Shown: positions 21,805 to 31,128 of the stretch, in pieces
How the letters are laid out: every line of letters starts with the position of its first letter
How positions within the stretch are numbered: position 1 is the stretch's first letter
Program-made: the position numbers and the translations under genes
IMG/VR virus record: IMGVR_UViG_3300028830_000013
Coordinates: 1-43,690 of that record
Direction: 5' to 3' (one strand)
Length of the DNA stretch: 43,690 bases
Source: a virus
The notes under the pieces: generated by a model
The model's database searches: none
What the model saw: only the letters and a program-made list of their open reading frames with translations
Told to the model about the DNA's origin: nothing

Positions 21805-23475
21805 ATGAGCGGGTACAGGATCGACAAAGGCGTTCCGTTTCTCGTCAATGAGGCGGGGCAGATCGTCGGTTATGTGGATGAGCGCGGCATCGAGCGGTCG
21901 TCATGGCTCAGCGACGGAAACGCAGGCGATGTTCTTGATCATCGCGTAATTGGCGACGTGCAATCCGTCAGCACCGCAGACCTAATGTTGCAGCCGATCA
22001 ACTCAAATGTGATTGAAGTCGTTCCACCAAATCCGTACCCATCCCAAGCAAACGCACCGGTACATCCATCTTTGCTGTACTTCAAGAGAGGATGGAACGG
22101 ATATCGTTACTGGATGGCTTTCACACCCTATCCTGGCAGCGACAGCCAGTATGAGAATCCGAGCGTGGTTGCATCAAATGACCTGCAGACGTGGGTTGCA
22201 CCGGCAATAAACCCGCTTGTACAAAAGCCGTCTGGCGCCAGCAACTACAACGCCGATCCGCACCTCTTCATGTCTGCGGACAATGCGGTCATGTACTTGG
22301 CGTTCCGTGAGCGGATCATCGGCGGCAACAACAACGTCAAGATGATGCACACCTCTGACGGCGTGAACTGGACGCAACCGGTCACGATCATTTCAGGCGC
22401 GCAGGGTTCCGTGGATTACGGCAGCCCGTCAATCTGGTGGAATGGGACAGGCTGGACGATGATTTCGCATCAACTCGATGCCAGCGCACCGTGGCCCGTG
22501 CGTCGCAACGTGTCAAGTACGTCAGATATTTACGGCGCTTGGGGGGCAGCAACGACCGTCACGATTCCTGCGTTCAGCGGGCAGGCTTGGTGGCACAGCT
22601 TCCATGCTCGTATGCCAAGCGGACAGATTGTCGCGCTGTTCCAGGACAACAACCAGAGCGCTGGCGCTGCCGGTTCGCTTTATATGGCGGAGAGCGGCGA
22701 CGATGGCGCGACGTATTCGCTGACGGGCCCTGTTTATTCTGCCGTGACGAAATACAGGTCGTGTTTCGCTGTTCGCATGGATTCCTCTGGCCCCGTGCTG
22801 GACATCATTGCCGGCGATCTGAGTGTGTTCAAACTGTATTCTTTCGCCGCCAAGAGTGGCGCTCGTGCGCTGCGGTCTTCGGGGCTGGCGCGGCATTCAT
22901 CCGCCTTGCTCGCGCCGACGAACCTTCAGCCAGGCGTGCTGTGGGCCGACACATGTACTCGCGCTGATTCGGCGGTGTCGCCCGGCACAGCGGACAGCGG
23001 CGGCACCTACACCGTATCCAGCGGAACGTGGGGCATCAGCACGAACAGACTATATCCGGTTGCAACGGGCCGGCTGCTGGCCTCTGCTGGAACCGCAAAT
23101 CATGCTGCTTCTGTCGCGTTCGTCGACATGACGACATCAATCCAGCAATGGCTTATCTGTCGAGCAGTCGACGGGTCTAACTACTGGCGCGTTGGATCAC
23201 TTAGCCCGAGGGCTGCCGGCGCTTCGCTTGTTACGTTGCAAAACATCGTTAGCGGGTCCGTTGGCACTGTCAGCAAAAGCATTGGATCGATCCAGCGTGG
23301 CGACGTGCTGACTGCCGAGGGTGTTGGCGGCCTGATCAGAATCTACGTCAATGGCGTTCCGATTCACGAGGAGGTTTGCATCACGTCCGCAGCCGGGACG
23401 AGCTTCGGCATTCAGGCCAACGCCGGTGCAAATACGTTCTACCGGAACCTGACCTGCATTCGGTCGGATCAGTAA
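21805..23475 (+). CDS. BNR/Asp-box beta-propeller glycosidase-like protein with a lectin-like C-terminal domain
   Basis: Asp-box-like SGDDGATY and TSDGVNWT, plus HPSLLYFKRGWNGYRYWMAFTPYPG. GC is visibly lower than in the flanking head genes. Confidence 0.55.
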   Translation: MSGYRIDKGVPFLVNEAGQIVGYVDERGIERSSWLSDGNAGDVLDHRVIGDVQSVSTADLMLQPINSNVIEVVPPNPYPSQANAPVHPSLLYFKRGWNGYRYWMAFTPYPGSDSQYENPSVVASNDLQTWVAPAINPLVQKPSGASNYNADPHLFMSADNAVMYLAFRERIIGGNNNVKMMHTSDGVNWTQPVTIISGAQGSVDYGSPSIWWNGTGWTMISHQLDASAPWPVRRNVSSTSDIYGAWGAATTVTIPAFSGQAWWHSFHARMPSGQIVALFQDNNQSAGAAGSLYMAESGDDGATYSLTGPVYSAVTKYRSCFAVRMDSSGPVLDIIAGDLSVFKLYSFAAKSGARALRSSGLARHSSALLAPTNLQPGVLWADTCTRADSAVSPGTADSGGTYTVSSGTWGISTNRLYPVATGRLLASAGTANHAASVAFVDMTTSIQQWLICRAVDGSNYWRVGSLSPRAAGASLVTLQNIVSGSVGTVSKSIGSIQRGDVLTAEGVGGLIRIYVNGVPIHEEVCITSAAGTSFGIQANAGANTFYRNLTCIRSDQ

Positions 23476-23515
23476 CAGATCGGTCCGCATTGCTTCGTTT
23501 TGCATCTGGGTGGAT

Positions 23516-23528
23516 GGGCACATAACGC
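23516..23528 (+). repeat. Copy 2 of the 13-mer GGGCACATAACGC
   Basis: Exact match, 25 nt upstream of ATG 23554. Confidence 0.8.
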
Positions 23529-23553
23529 CCCTGTCCTGCCGTATTTTCCGCGC

Positions 23554-23907
23554 ATGCAGGATTACGACCCGTTCGATCTGGAAGGACAGGCGGCATCAGC
23601 CGCTCAGCGCAAAAAGCAGGACGAACAGCGGCGCAAGGTGTTCGTCGAGGATTTGCGATGGCTGATGGGTGGCGGTCCGCGCGGCCGGCGCATCGTGCAT
23701 TTCATCCTGTCGATGTGCGGCGTATGGCGAACGAGTTTCACGGGGAACAGCGAAACGTTCTTCCGCGAGGGTGCCCGTAACGTGGGCCTCGCACTGCTGC
23801 ACCCTATTACTGCGCACTGTCCCGACGACATGGCGCTGATGCTAAAAGAGGCCCGAGAGAATGAGCGAAACGGCAGCAACGGAAACAACGGCGACGCCAC
23901 AGACTGA
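23554..23907 (+). CDS. Conserved podophage head-module protein (Bbp19-like by recollection)
   Basis: MQDYDPFDLEGQAA...FVEDLRWLMGGGPRGRRIVHFILSMCGVWRTSFTGNSETFFREGARNVGL. It lies upstream of the scaffold gene. Confidence 0.5.
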   Translation: MQDYDPFDLEGQAASAAQRKKQDEQRRKVFVEDLRWLMGGGPRGRRIVHFILSMCGVWRTSFTGNSETFFREGARNVGLALLHPITAHCPDDMALMLKEARENERNGSNGNNGDATD

Positions 23908-24466
23908 CACGGCAGCGGCGCCTTCGTCTGCGCTCGAATCCGTCACCGCGACGGCAAGCGAGACGCAGCAGCAGCAATCCGCAAACCCGGAGGGCGAGGC
24001 CGAGGCCAAGCCTGCCGAGTACGCGGAGTTCAAGCTACCCGATGGCATGGCGAAGGATTCGAAGGACTTCACGGATCTGGTTGCCGTAGCCAAGGACATG
24101 GGCCTCTCGCAAGAGGCGGCACAGAAGTTCATCGACCGGGAAGCGGCGGGCAAGCGTGCGCAGTCGAACGCGGTCTATGAAGCCGGTAAGGCATGGGCGG
24201 AACAGAGCGCGCAAGACAAGGAATTCGGCGGCGATGGCTACAAGGAGAATCTGTCCTTCGTGGCCAAGGCGCTCGACACGTTCGGCACCCCCGAGCTTGG
24301 GCAGTTGCTGAAGAACACTGGTCTGATCAACCACCCCGAGGTGCTGCGGGTGTTCTTCCGGGCCGGCAAGGCAATCAGCGAGGACAAGGTGCTGACCGGC
24401 GCGGCGGCTTCCAAGGAAGCCCCCAAATCCGCGGCGCAGCGCATGTACCCGAACATGAACCCCTGA
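23861..24466 (+). CDS. Scaffolding protein
   Basis: An acidic, Ala/Glu-rich 201-aa protein directly upstream of the major capsid gene. Confidence 0.6.
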   Translation: MSETAATETTATPQTDTAAAPSSALESVTATASETQQQQSANPEGEAEAKPAEYAEFKLPDGMAKDSKDFTDLVAVAKDMGLSQEAAQKFIDREAAGKRAQSNAVYEAGKAWAEQSAQDKEFGGDGYKENLSFVAKALDTFGTPELGQLLKNTGLINHPEVLRVFFRAGKAISEDKVLTGAAASKEAPKSAAQRMYPNMNP

Positions 24467-24482
24467 TCCGTGAGGTAGTCAA

Positions 24483-25502
24483 ATGGCAACTCTTTCCACC
24501 GGCCAGCTTACCCTGGCAGACGTATCCAAGCGAACCGACCCGAACGGGAAGGTTTCCCCGATTGCTGAGCTGCTTTCGCAGCGTAACGACATCTTGGAAG
24601 ATGCGGTCATGGTCGAGGCCAACCAGCCGACCAGCCACGTCGTCACGATCCGCACCGGCCTGCCGTCCGTCTATTGGCGCCAATACAACGCGGGCGTCCC
24701 GTCCAGCAAGTCCACCACCGCGCAGGTGACGGAGCCGTGCGCGATGATGGAAGCGCGCTCCCACATCGACGCCAAGCTGCTCAAGCTCAACGGCAACAGC
24801 GCGGCCTATCGCTTGTCGGAAGAAACCCCGTTCATCGAGGCGATGAATCAGGAAATGACCGACAAGGTTTTCAACGGCAACGTTGGCGTCGATCAGAAGA
24901 CGTTTTCTGGCCTGGCTACCCGCTACTCTTTGACGACGGCCGGCAACGGTCAGAACGTCATTCTGGCGGGCGGCTCCGGTTCGGACAACGCCTCCGTGTA
25001 CCTGATCGGTTGGTCTCCGGAAACCGTCTTCATGACCTACCCGAAAGGCTCGCAAGGCGGTCTGGCCTCGCGCGACCTCGGCGAAGAGTCGGTTCAGGAC
25101 GCCAGCGGAAACTGGTATCAGGCTGCGCGCTCGCTGTTCCAGTGGGATTGCGGCCTCGTGGTCAAGGACTGGCGCTATGCGGTGCGCATCGCCAACATCG
25201 ACATGTCGGACTGGATCGCCGTTTCCGGCACGCAGGCATCGACCGCGACGACCAACGTCATGCGGCAGATGGTCAAGGCGCTGGCGCGGATTCCAAACCC
25301 GGCCTCGGCGCGGCTCGCGTTCTACGCCAACCGCTCTGTCGGTGAGGGCTTGATGATTCAGGCGCTTGAGAAGTCCAGCGCAGCCCTGTCGATTCAGGAA
25401 TCGCTGACGCAATTCGGCCAGTCCGTCCAGCAACTGAAATTCCTCGGCGTGCCGGTCCGCATCGTGGACAAGCTCGGCGTTGCCGAAACCCTCGTATCGT
25501 AA
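24483..25502 (+). CDS. Major capsid protein
   Basis: 339 aa, positioned after the scaffold gene. The N-terminus MATLSTGQLTLADVSKRTDPNGKVSPIAELL resembles BPP-1-like capsid proteins. Confidence 0.75.
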   Translation: MATLSTGQLTLADVSKRTDPNGKVSPIAELLSQRNDILEDAVMVEANQPTSHVVTIRTGLPSVYWRQYNAGVPSSKSTTAQVTEPCAMMEARSHIDAKLLKLNGNSAAYRLSEETPFIEAMNQEMTDKVFNGNVGVDQKTFSGLATRYSLTTAGNGQNVILAGGSGSDNASVYLIGWSPETVFMTYPKGSQGGLASRDLGEESVQDASGNWYQAARSLFQWDCGLVVKDWRYAVRIANIDMSDWIAVSGTQASTATTNVMRQMVKALARIPNPASARLAFYANRSVGEGLMIQALEKSSAALSIQESLTQFGQSVQQLKFLGVPVRIVDKLGVAETLVS

Positions 25503-25514
25503 GGAGCCGATGCC

Positions 25515-25964
25515 ATGATGACCGATGCACTTCTCCAACTGTCGTCCGCACAGGCGGTAACGGCTTCTGCGGTTTCGACCAACACCGTCGATCTTTCCGT
25601 GGCGCGCGACATGGCGCCCGGCAAGCAGTTGTATGCCGTGTTCACCGTCGATACCACCGTGACGGCAGCGGGCGCGGCAACCGTCAATTTCCAGATCATC
25701 AGTTCGGCAGCCGCCGCGCTGTCTTCGCCGACCGTTCTGGCGCAGACCGACGCGATCGGCAAGGCTGAACTGACCGCAGGGCGCAAGCCCATCGTGGTGG
25801 CGCTCAACCCGTCCGTGCTGGCAGCCCAGCCGAACGGTCAGCGTTACCTCGGCGTGCAGTACACGGTCGGCACCGGCCCGCTGACGGCAGGGGCTTTCAC
25901 TTGCACGATCACCGACAGCTATCCGGCAGACAAGGCATATGCCTCCGGCTTCACTGTCCTCTGA
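25515..25964 (+). CDS. Head decoration / cement protein (Bbp16-like)
   Basis: A 149-aa Ala/Thr/Val-rich beta-type protein immediately after the capsid gene. Confidence 0.5.
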   Translation: MMTDALLQLSSAQAVTASAVSTNTVDLSVARDMAPGKQLYAVFTVDTTVTAAGAATVNFQIISSAAAALSSPTVLAQTDAIGKAELTAGRKPIVVALNPSVLAAQPNGQRYLGVQYTVGTGPLTAGAFTCTITDSYPADKAYASGFTVL

Positions 25965-25990
25965 TCGTAATCATGACAGGAGCATTGACC

Positions 25991-26179
25991 ATGGCAGAAC
26001 AGAAGAAGTACCGCGCCCTGCGCGAAACGTGGCTTTCGCACGAATGCCGCAAGGTCGCGGAAGGCGAGGAATTCACGACCGCATTCCCGGATGGCATGAA
26101 GCTTTCCGCCAACCTGGAATTGATCAAGGATCAGGCGGAAGCCAAAACCAAGGGCAAGGACAAGGATCCCGCAGCCTGA
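25991..26179 (+). CDS. Small hypothetical protein (62 aa)
   Basis: MAEQKKYRALRETW... An intrinsic terminator follows it. Confidence 0.45.
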   Translation: MAEQKKYRALRETWLSHECRKVAEGEEFTTAFPDGMKLSANLELIKDQAEAKTKGKDKDPAA

Positions 26180-26210
26180 TTGTGCAGTCTCCTTCTGGCG
26201 TGTAGGCATT

Positions 26211-26237
26211 GCGGGGGCCCTGTGCCCCCGTTTTTCT
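26211..26237 (+). terminator. Intrinsic terminator after the head genes
   Basis: GGGGGC (26213-26218), loop CCTGT, GCCCCC (26224-26229), then G TTTTT C T. Confidence 0.7.
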
Positions 26238-26248
26238 AGGGTGGCGAA

Positions 26249-26893
26249 ATGAGTACCGCAGTCGATATCTGCAACCTTGCATTGTCCAACCTCGGCGACG
26301 AAGCCAATGTTGCCGCCATCGATCCGCCTGACGGCTCGGTGCAGGCATCGCACTGCGCCCGATACTATCCGATCGTGCGTGATGCCGTGTTGGCGCTTGG
26401 CTGGTCGTTCAACTTGCGGCGTGGAATGCTGGCGCAGCATGATGAGGCGCCGGAATTCGGGTGGCAATACGCCTACCCATTGCCGGCCGATGCGCTGTCC
26501 GTCCTGTCCGTGCATTCCGCTGGGTCGAGCAATGACAACGACCCGCGCGAGTTCGTCACCGAAACCGCATCCGACGGCACGGTGGTTGTCATGACCAACG
26601 AAGCCGATGCGCTGGTGCGCTATACCGTGCGCATCACAGACACACAGAAATTCCCGCCGCTGGTCGTCGTCTCGATGGGCTGGCTGCTGGCCTCTTACCT
26701 TGCAGGCCCGATCATCAAGGGCGAGTCAGGGCGCAAGGCAGCGAAGGACTCGATGGCGGAATACCTGCTGTGGATCGGAAAGGCGGGCGTGGCCGATGCC
26801 CGGCAGGTCCGCATCCGTCCTGAGCACATGCCGGAGTGGGTGGCAGCGCGCGACTTCAACGCGCAATCTGCATCTGACGCCTGGGGGCGCTGA
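26249..26893 (+). CDS. Tail tubular protein A-like / adaptor
   Basis: 214 aa with the N-terminus MSTAVDICNLALSNLGDEA. Its size and position ahead of a ~725-aa protein resemble T7 gp11/gp12. Confidence 0.5.
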   Translation: MSTAVDICNLALSNLGDEANVAAIDPPDGSVQASHCARYYPIVRDAVLALGWSFNLRRGMLAQHDEAPEFGWQYAYPLPADALSVLSVHSAGSSNDNDPREFVTETASDGTVVVMTNEADALVRYTVRITDTQKFPPLVVVSMGWLLASYLAGPIIKGESGRKAAKDSMAEYLLWIGKAGVADARQVRIRPEHMPEWVAARDFNAQSASDAWGR

Positions 26894-29070
26894 TGGCGGC
26901 GAACATCCGCAGCCTGCAAAAGAGTTTCACTGGCGGCGAGGTGTCGCCCGAATTCTGGAGCCGCGCCGACGACGCCAAGTATCAGGCCGGTTTGGCGCGT
27001 TGCCGCAACTTCATTGCCAAGCCGCAAGGCCCGGTCGAGAACCGGCCAGGCACGCAATTCGTGCGTGCCACCAAGAGCGCCGCGAACAAGTCGCGGGTGA
27101 TCCCATTCACCTATTCGACCACGCAGACCATGGCGATCGAGTTGGGCGCGGGCTATTTCCGCTTCCACACAGGCGGCGCCACGCTGTTGCCCGGCTCTCC
27201 GGCGGCATGGTCCAACGTGACCGCCTACGTGATCGGCGATCTGGTCACGCAGGCCGGGACGATTTACTACTGCATCCTCGGACACACCAACCAGGTGCCG
27301 CCGAACGCGACCTACTGGTATGCGCTGCCGGCCTCCGGCGAGTACGAGATCCCCAACCCCTACGCTGCGGCCGATCTGTTCGACATTCATTATGTCCAGT
27401 CTTCCGACGTGCTGACGCTGGTTCATCCCGGCTATGCCGTTCGAGAACTGCGCCGCGTCGGCGCCACCAACTGGCAGCTATCGTCTGTCTCGTTTGCCTC
27501 GCAGCAGGTTGCGCCGGGCGGCGTGGCGGCGGTGGCCTCTGGTGGAACCGGCACGACCTACAGCTACGTCGTGACATCAGTCGACGCGCAGGGCTTCGAC
27601 GAGTCCGTTGCGTCGACTGCGGCAACATGCAACGGCAACCTGTTCGCCTCGGGCGGCAAGAACACGATTACCTGGTCGGTCGCGGCTGGAGCCTCACGCT
27701 ACCGCGTCTATCGCCTGTCGGGCGGGCTCTACGGCTACATCGGGCAGGCCGATGCTCTCACCTTCACGGACGACAACATCGCGCCGGACATGAGCCGCAC
27801 GCCGCCGATCGCGCAGACCGTCTTTGCCGCTGCCGACGAGTATCCGGCCGCCGTGTCCTACTTCGAACAGCGGCGCGTGTTTGCCGGGTCGAACAACAAG
27901 CCGCAGAACGTGTGGATGACCAAGACCGGCACCGAATCCAACATGGATTACTCGCTGCCGATCAAGGACGACGATTCGATCCAGTTTCGCATCGCGGCGC
28001 GCGAGGCGAACACGATCCGCCACATCATCCCGCTGGATAACCTGCTGCTGCTCACCAGTGCGGCGGAATGGCGCCTGACCTCGATCAACTCGGACGCCAT
28101 CACACCCAGCACGGTCAGTATGAAGCCGCAGAGCTATATCGGCGCCAACAACGTACAGCCTGCCATCATCGGCAACAACGTCCTATACTGCGCCGCACGT
28201 GGCGGGCATGTGCGCGAAATGGCCTATAGCTGGCAGTCGAGCAGCTACATTTCCGGGGACTTGTCGCTGCGAGCGCCGCATCTGTTCGACACCTACCAGA
28301 TCAGCGACATGGCCTATGGCAAGGCGCCCTATCCGGTCGTCTGGTTCGTCTCATCGACTGGCGATCTGCTCGGCTTCACCTACGTGCCCGAACAGCAGGT
28401 TGGCGCCTGGCACTGGCACGATACTGACGGCACGTTTGAATCCGTCTGTGTCGTGGCGGAAGGCGAAGAGGATGCGGTCTATTTTATCGTCAAGCGGCAC
28501 ATCGACGGCGCTGACGTGCGCTATGTCGAGCGGCTGCACTCGCGCCAGTTCGTCGAGCAGGCCGACGCGTTCTTCGTCGACTGCGGCCTGACCTACGACG
28601 GCGCGGCTACCGCCACGCTGACCGGGCTCGATCACCTCGAGGGGGAGACCGTTTCCATCCTCGGCGACGGTGCGGTGATGCCGCAGCAGGTCGTGACGGG
28701 CGGGCAGATCACGCTGCCGGTTTCCGTCGAAAAAGCGCAGATCGGACTTCCGATCGAGGCGGATATCCAGACGCTGCCGCTGTGGATCGAGGCCGACGCC
28801 TTCGGGCAGGGGCGCAACAAGAACGTCAACCGCGCGCATCTGCGCATCTATCGGTCGTCTGGCATCTTCGCCGGACCGGCGTTCGACAAGCTGACCGAAT
28901 TCAAGCAGCGCACGACGGAACCGTATGGCAGCCCGCCGAGCTTGCGTACCGAGGAAATCACGATCGACATATCCCCATCATGGGGAACCAACGCACAAGT
29001 CTGCGTGCGGCAAAGCGACCCGTTGCCACTTACGGTGACAGGCATGACTCTGGAAGTGACGGTGGCCTAA
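26893..29070 (+). CDS. Tail tubular protein B-like / nozzle
   Basis: 725 aa with the N-terminus SLQKSFTGGEVSPEFWSRADDAKYQAGLARCRNF. A TGATG overlap joins it to the upstream gene. Confidence 0.5.
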   Translation: MAANIRSLQKSFTGGEVSPEFWSRADDAKYQAGLARCRNFIAKPQGPVENRPGTQFVRATKSAANKSRVIPFTYSTTQTMAIELGAGYFRFHTGGATLLPGSPAAWSNVTAYVIGDLVTQAGTIYYCILGHTNQVPPNATYWYALPASGEYEIPNPYAAADLFDIHYVQSSDVLTLVHPGYAVRELRRVGATNWQLSSVSFASQQVAPGGVAAVASGGTGTTYSYVVTSVDAQGFDESVASTAATCNGNLFASGGKNTITWSVAAGASRYRVYRLSGGLYGYIGQADALTFTDDNIAPDMSRTPPIAQTVFAAADEYPAAVSYFEQRRVFAGSNNKPQNVWMTKTGTESNMDYSLPIKDDDSIQFRIAAREANTIRHIIPLDNLLLLTSAAEWRLTSINSDAITPSTVSMKPQSYIGANNVQPAIIGNNVLYCAARGGHVREMAYSWQSSSYISGDLSLRAPHLFDTYQISDMAYGKAPYPVVWFVSSTGDLLGFTYVPEQQVGAWHWHDTDGTFESVCVVAEGEEDAVYFIVKRHIDGADVRYVERLHSRQFVEQADAFFVDCGLTYDGAATATLTGLDHLEGETVSILGDGAVMPQQVVTGGQITLPVSVEKAQIGLPIEADIQTLPLWIEADAFGQGRNKNVNRAHLRIYRSSGIFAGPAFDKLTEFKQRTTEPYGSPPSLRTEEITIDISPSWGTNAQVCVRQSDPLPLTVTGMTLEVTVA

Positions 29071-30051
29071 ATGGACTTCGATATCGGCTCGTGGTTCGAC
29101 GATTTTAGCCTCGATGATTTCGGCAAAGCCGCGCAGGTGGCCGGCGTGGCAACATCGACTATCGGCGCCTTCTACTCGACGCTTGGCCAGAAGAACGCGC
29201 TGGCGAGCCAGTCCGCGCTGGATGTAATCAACGCCCGATCCGTGTTCGCGGCGTCAGAGCAGCAACTCGGGCTTGACTGGATCAATGCGCAGCTCGGCTT
29301 CTCGTCGGTCGTCCATAACGCCAACATGGACGTTCTTGGCGCACAGATGAAAGCCGACATGATGCGCGGCGAGTCCGAAATCTCGCTGATCCGCGCCGGG
29401 GCATCGGCATCCTCCGCGATGGCGGCAGCGCAGATCGACGACAACGAAGCCTACATGGCCGAACTGCGTGCGCAGTCGTCCCTGCTGCATGGGCAGTGGG
29501 ATGAACAGGATGTGCGCATGAAGTCCGCGCAGGTCAAGTCGAAGCGGCGCACGCGTCTTGCCGCGAGCGGAATCGACCTCGGCGCCGGCACTACGGCAGC
29601 CGTGCTGACCTCCGATGAGGTGATTGCAGAAACCGAAGTCACGAAGGTGCGGGAGAAGGCGCTGCTGGCTGCTTTGGGCTATCGGCAAGCGGCCGTCAAC
29701 GCCGGCATTTCGGCCAACGCCAAGCGCGCACAGGCTGGCGCCACCATGGCAGCTGCGAGCCTGTCCGCCGCGCTTACCGAGTCACAGGCCACGTCGCTGA
29801 CCGCCATGGCGATTGCGGATGCCGACTACAAGAAGGCCATGGCCGATGCCGGGCTAGCGAACAGCAAAGCGGCCGTCGACCTGCGCCGCGTGCTGGCCGA
29901 AGGCAACCTCGCCAACGCCGAGGCGTCCGCTGAAAGCCGTCGCACCACGGCGGACAACATGAGCCCGTGGCTGTCGGCGACTTCCTCGCTGATTTCCGGT
30001 GCCGGCAAGGTGGCCGAAAGCTGGTATCGCTACAACCGGACGCAATACTGA
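29071..30051 (+). CDS. Internal virion / core protein (Ala-rich helical)
   Basis: 326 aa, low-complexity and helical. Its position ahead of the other ejection-type proteins supports the call. Confidence 0.45.
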   Translation: MDFDIGSWFDDFSLDDFGKAAQVAGVATSTIGAFYSTLGQKNALASQSALDVINARSVFAASEQQLGLDWINAQLGFSSVVHNANMDVLGAQMKADMMRGESEISLIRAGASASSAMAAAQIDDNEAYMAELRAQSSLLHGQWDEQDVRMKSAQVKSKRRTRLAASGIDLGAGTTAAVLTSDEVIAETEVTKVREKALLAALGYRQAAVNAGISANAKRAQAGATMAAASLSAALTESQATSLTAMAIADADYKKAMADAGLANSKAAVDLRRVLAEGNLANAEASAESRRTTADNMSPWLSATSSLISGAGKVAESWYRYNRTQY

Positions 30052-31127
30052 TGGCCGGCAACCAGAACGCATCGAGGGCGCAAGCACCTGTTGCTGTGCC
30101 GCAGCGCGATTTCTACGCCATGTTGCGCCGTGCGTTGGCGGACATGGGCATCTCGGGCGGCGGCGGGGGCGGCGGCGTGACCGATCACGGTGCACTGACC
30201 GGTCTGGCTGACGATGACCACGCGCAGTACCACAACAACTCCCGCGGCGATGCGCGCTATTCGTTGCTGGCGCACAACCATGCCGGCACCTACGATCCGA
30301 CCGGCACCGCAGCGGCAGCCGTGGCGTCGCACGAAGGCGCGGCGAACCCGCACCCGGTCTATCTCACGCAGGCCGAAGCGGACGCGCTCTATTCGTTGCT
30401 GGCACACGTTCACGCCAATGCGACAGGCTCGGTTGCCGGTTTCATGTCGGCGGCGGACAAGTCGAAACTGGACGGCGTAGCGTCAGGCGCGACGGCCAAC
30501 AGCGCGGATGCAACCTTGCTGGCGCGGGGCAACCATACCGGCACGCAGGCGGCATCGACCATCAGCGATTTCGCCGAGGCCGTCGATGATCGGGTCGGCG
30601 CACTGCTGGTGCAGGGATCTAACATCACCCTGACCTACAACGATGCGGCGGGCACGCTGACAATTTCCGCATCGGGCGGTGGCGGTGCCGATCCCTGGAC
30701 ATGGGTCAAGCTCGCGTCGAACTCGACGGTGTCAACAACCGCCTTTGCCAACGTCAGCGGCATGTCATTCACGGCGCTTGCCAATACGACCTACCTGGTC
30801 GAACTGGCTGGCGCCTATCAGGCGGCGGCAACCACGACTGGTATTGCGCTGGCGCTCGACATCCCGAGCGGGACGGTGATCGGCATCAATCAGGTTGCGA
30901 CCAGCGCCACGGCGGCCGGCGCTGCTGAACAGATTGCCGATGCTACGACGACCGGCGCCACGACCGGTGTTCGCGCCGCCAACACAAACACACCAATTGT
31001 GGCTCGGTGGGTCGTCGCTATCGGCGCAACGGGCGGAACGGTGCAACTGATGCAGCGGTCCGAGGTGGCGGCCTCGAACACGGTTCTGCAAGCCGGTCTG
31101 ACCATCATGGGAAAAAGGGTGATCTAG
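30051..31127 (+). CDS. Tail fibre protein
   Basis: DHGALTGLADDDHAQYH and repeated YSLLAHxHA motifs (HxH), as in phage fibres. The start is at MAGNQN. Confidence 0.65.
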   Translation: MAGNQNASRAQAPVAVPQRDFYAMLRRALADMGISGGGGGGGVTDHGALTGLADDDHAQYHNNSRGDARYSLLAHNHAGTYDPTGTAAAAVASHEGAANPHPVYLTQAEADALYSLLAHVHANATGSVAGFMSAADKSKLDGVASGATANSADATLLARGNHTGTQAASTISDFAEAVDDRVGALLVQGSNITLTYNDAAGTLTISASGGGGADPWTWVKLASNSTVSTTAFANVSGMSFTALANTTYLVELAGAYQAAATTTGIALALDIPSGTVIGINQVATSATAAGAAEQIADATTTGATTGVRAANTNTPIVARWVVAIGATGGTVQLMQRSEVAASNTVLQAGLTIMGKRVI

Positions 31128-31128
31128 C

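Noticed and set aside
24375-25538. A 387-aa minus-strand ORF opposite the major capsid gene.
   Set aside because: It is a GC-driven antisense shadow of a well-supported structural gene.
26607-28040. A 477-aa plus-strand ORF overlapping the tail-tubular genes in another frame.
   Set aside because: It has Arg-rich shadow composition. The annotated frames (26249..26893 and 26893..29070) show protein-like sequence and TGATG coupling.
30051-31127. A diversity-generating retroelement, as in BPP-1-like phages.
   Set aside because: No reverse transcriptase ORF exists anywhere in the window, and I saw no template/variable repeat pair near the fibre or tailspike 3' ends.
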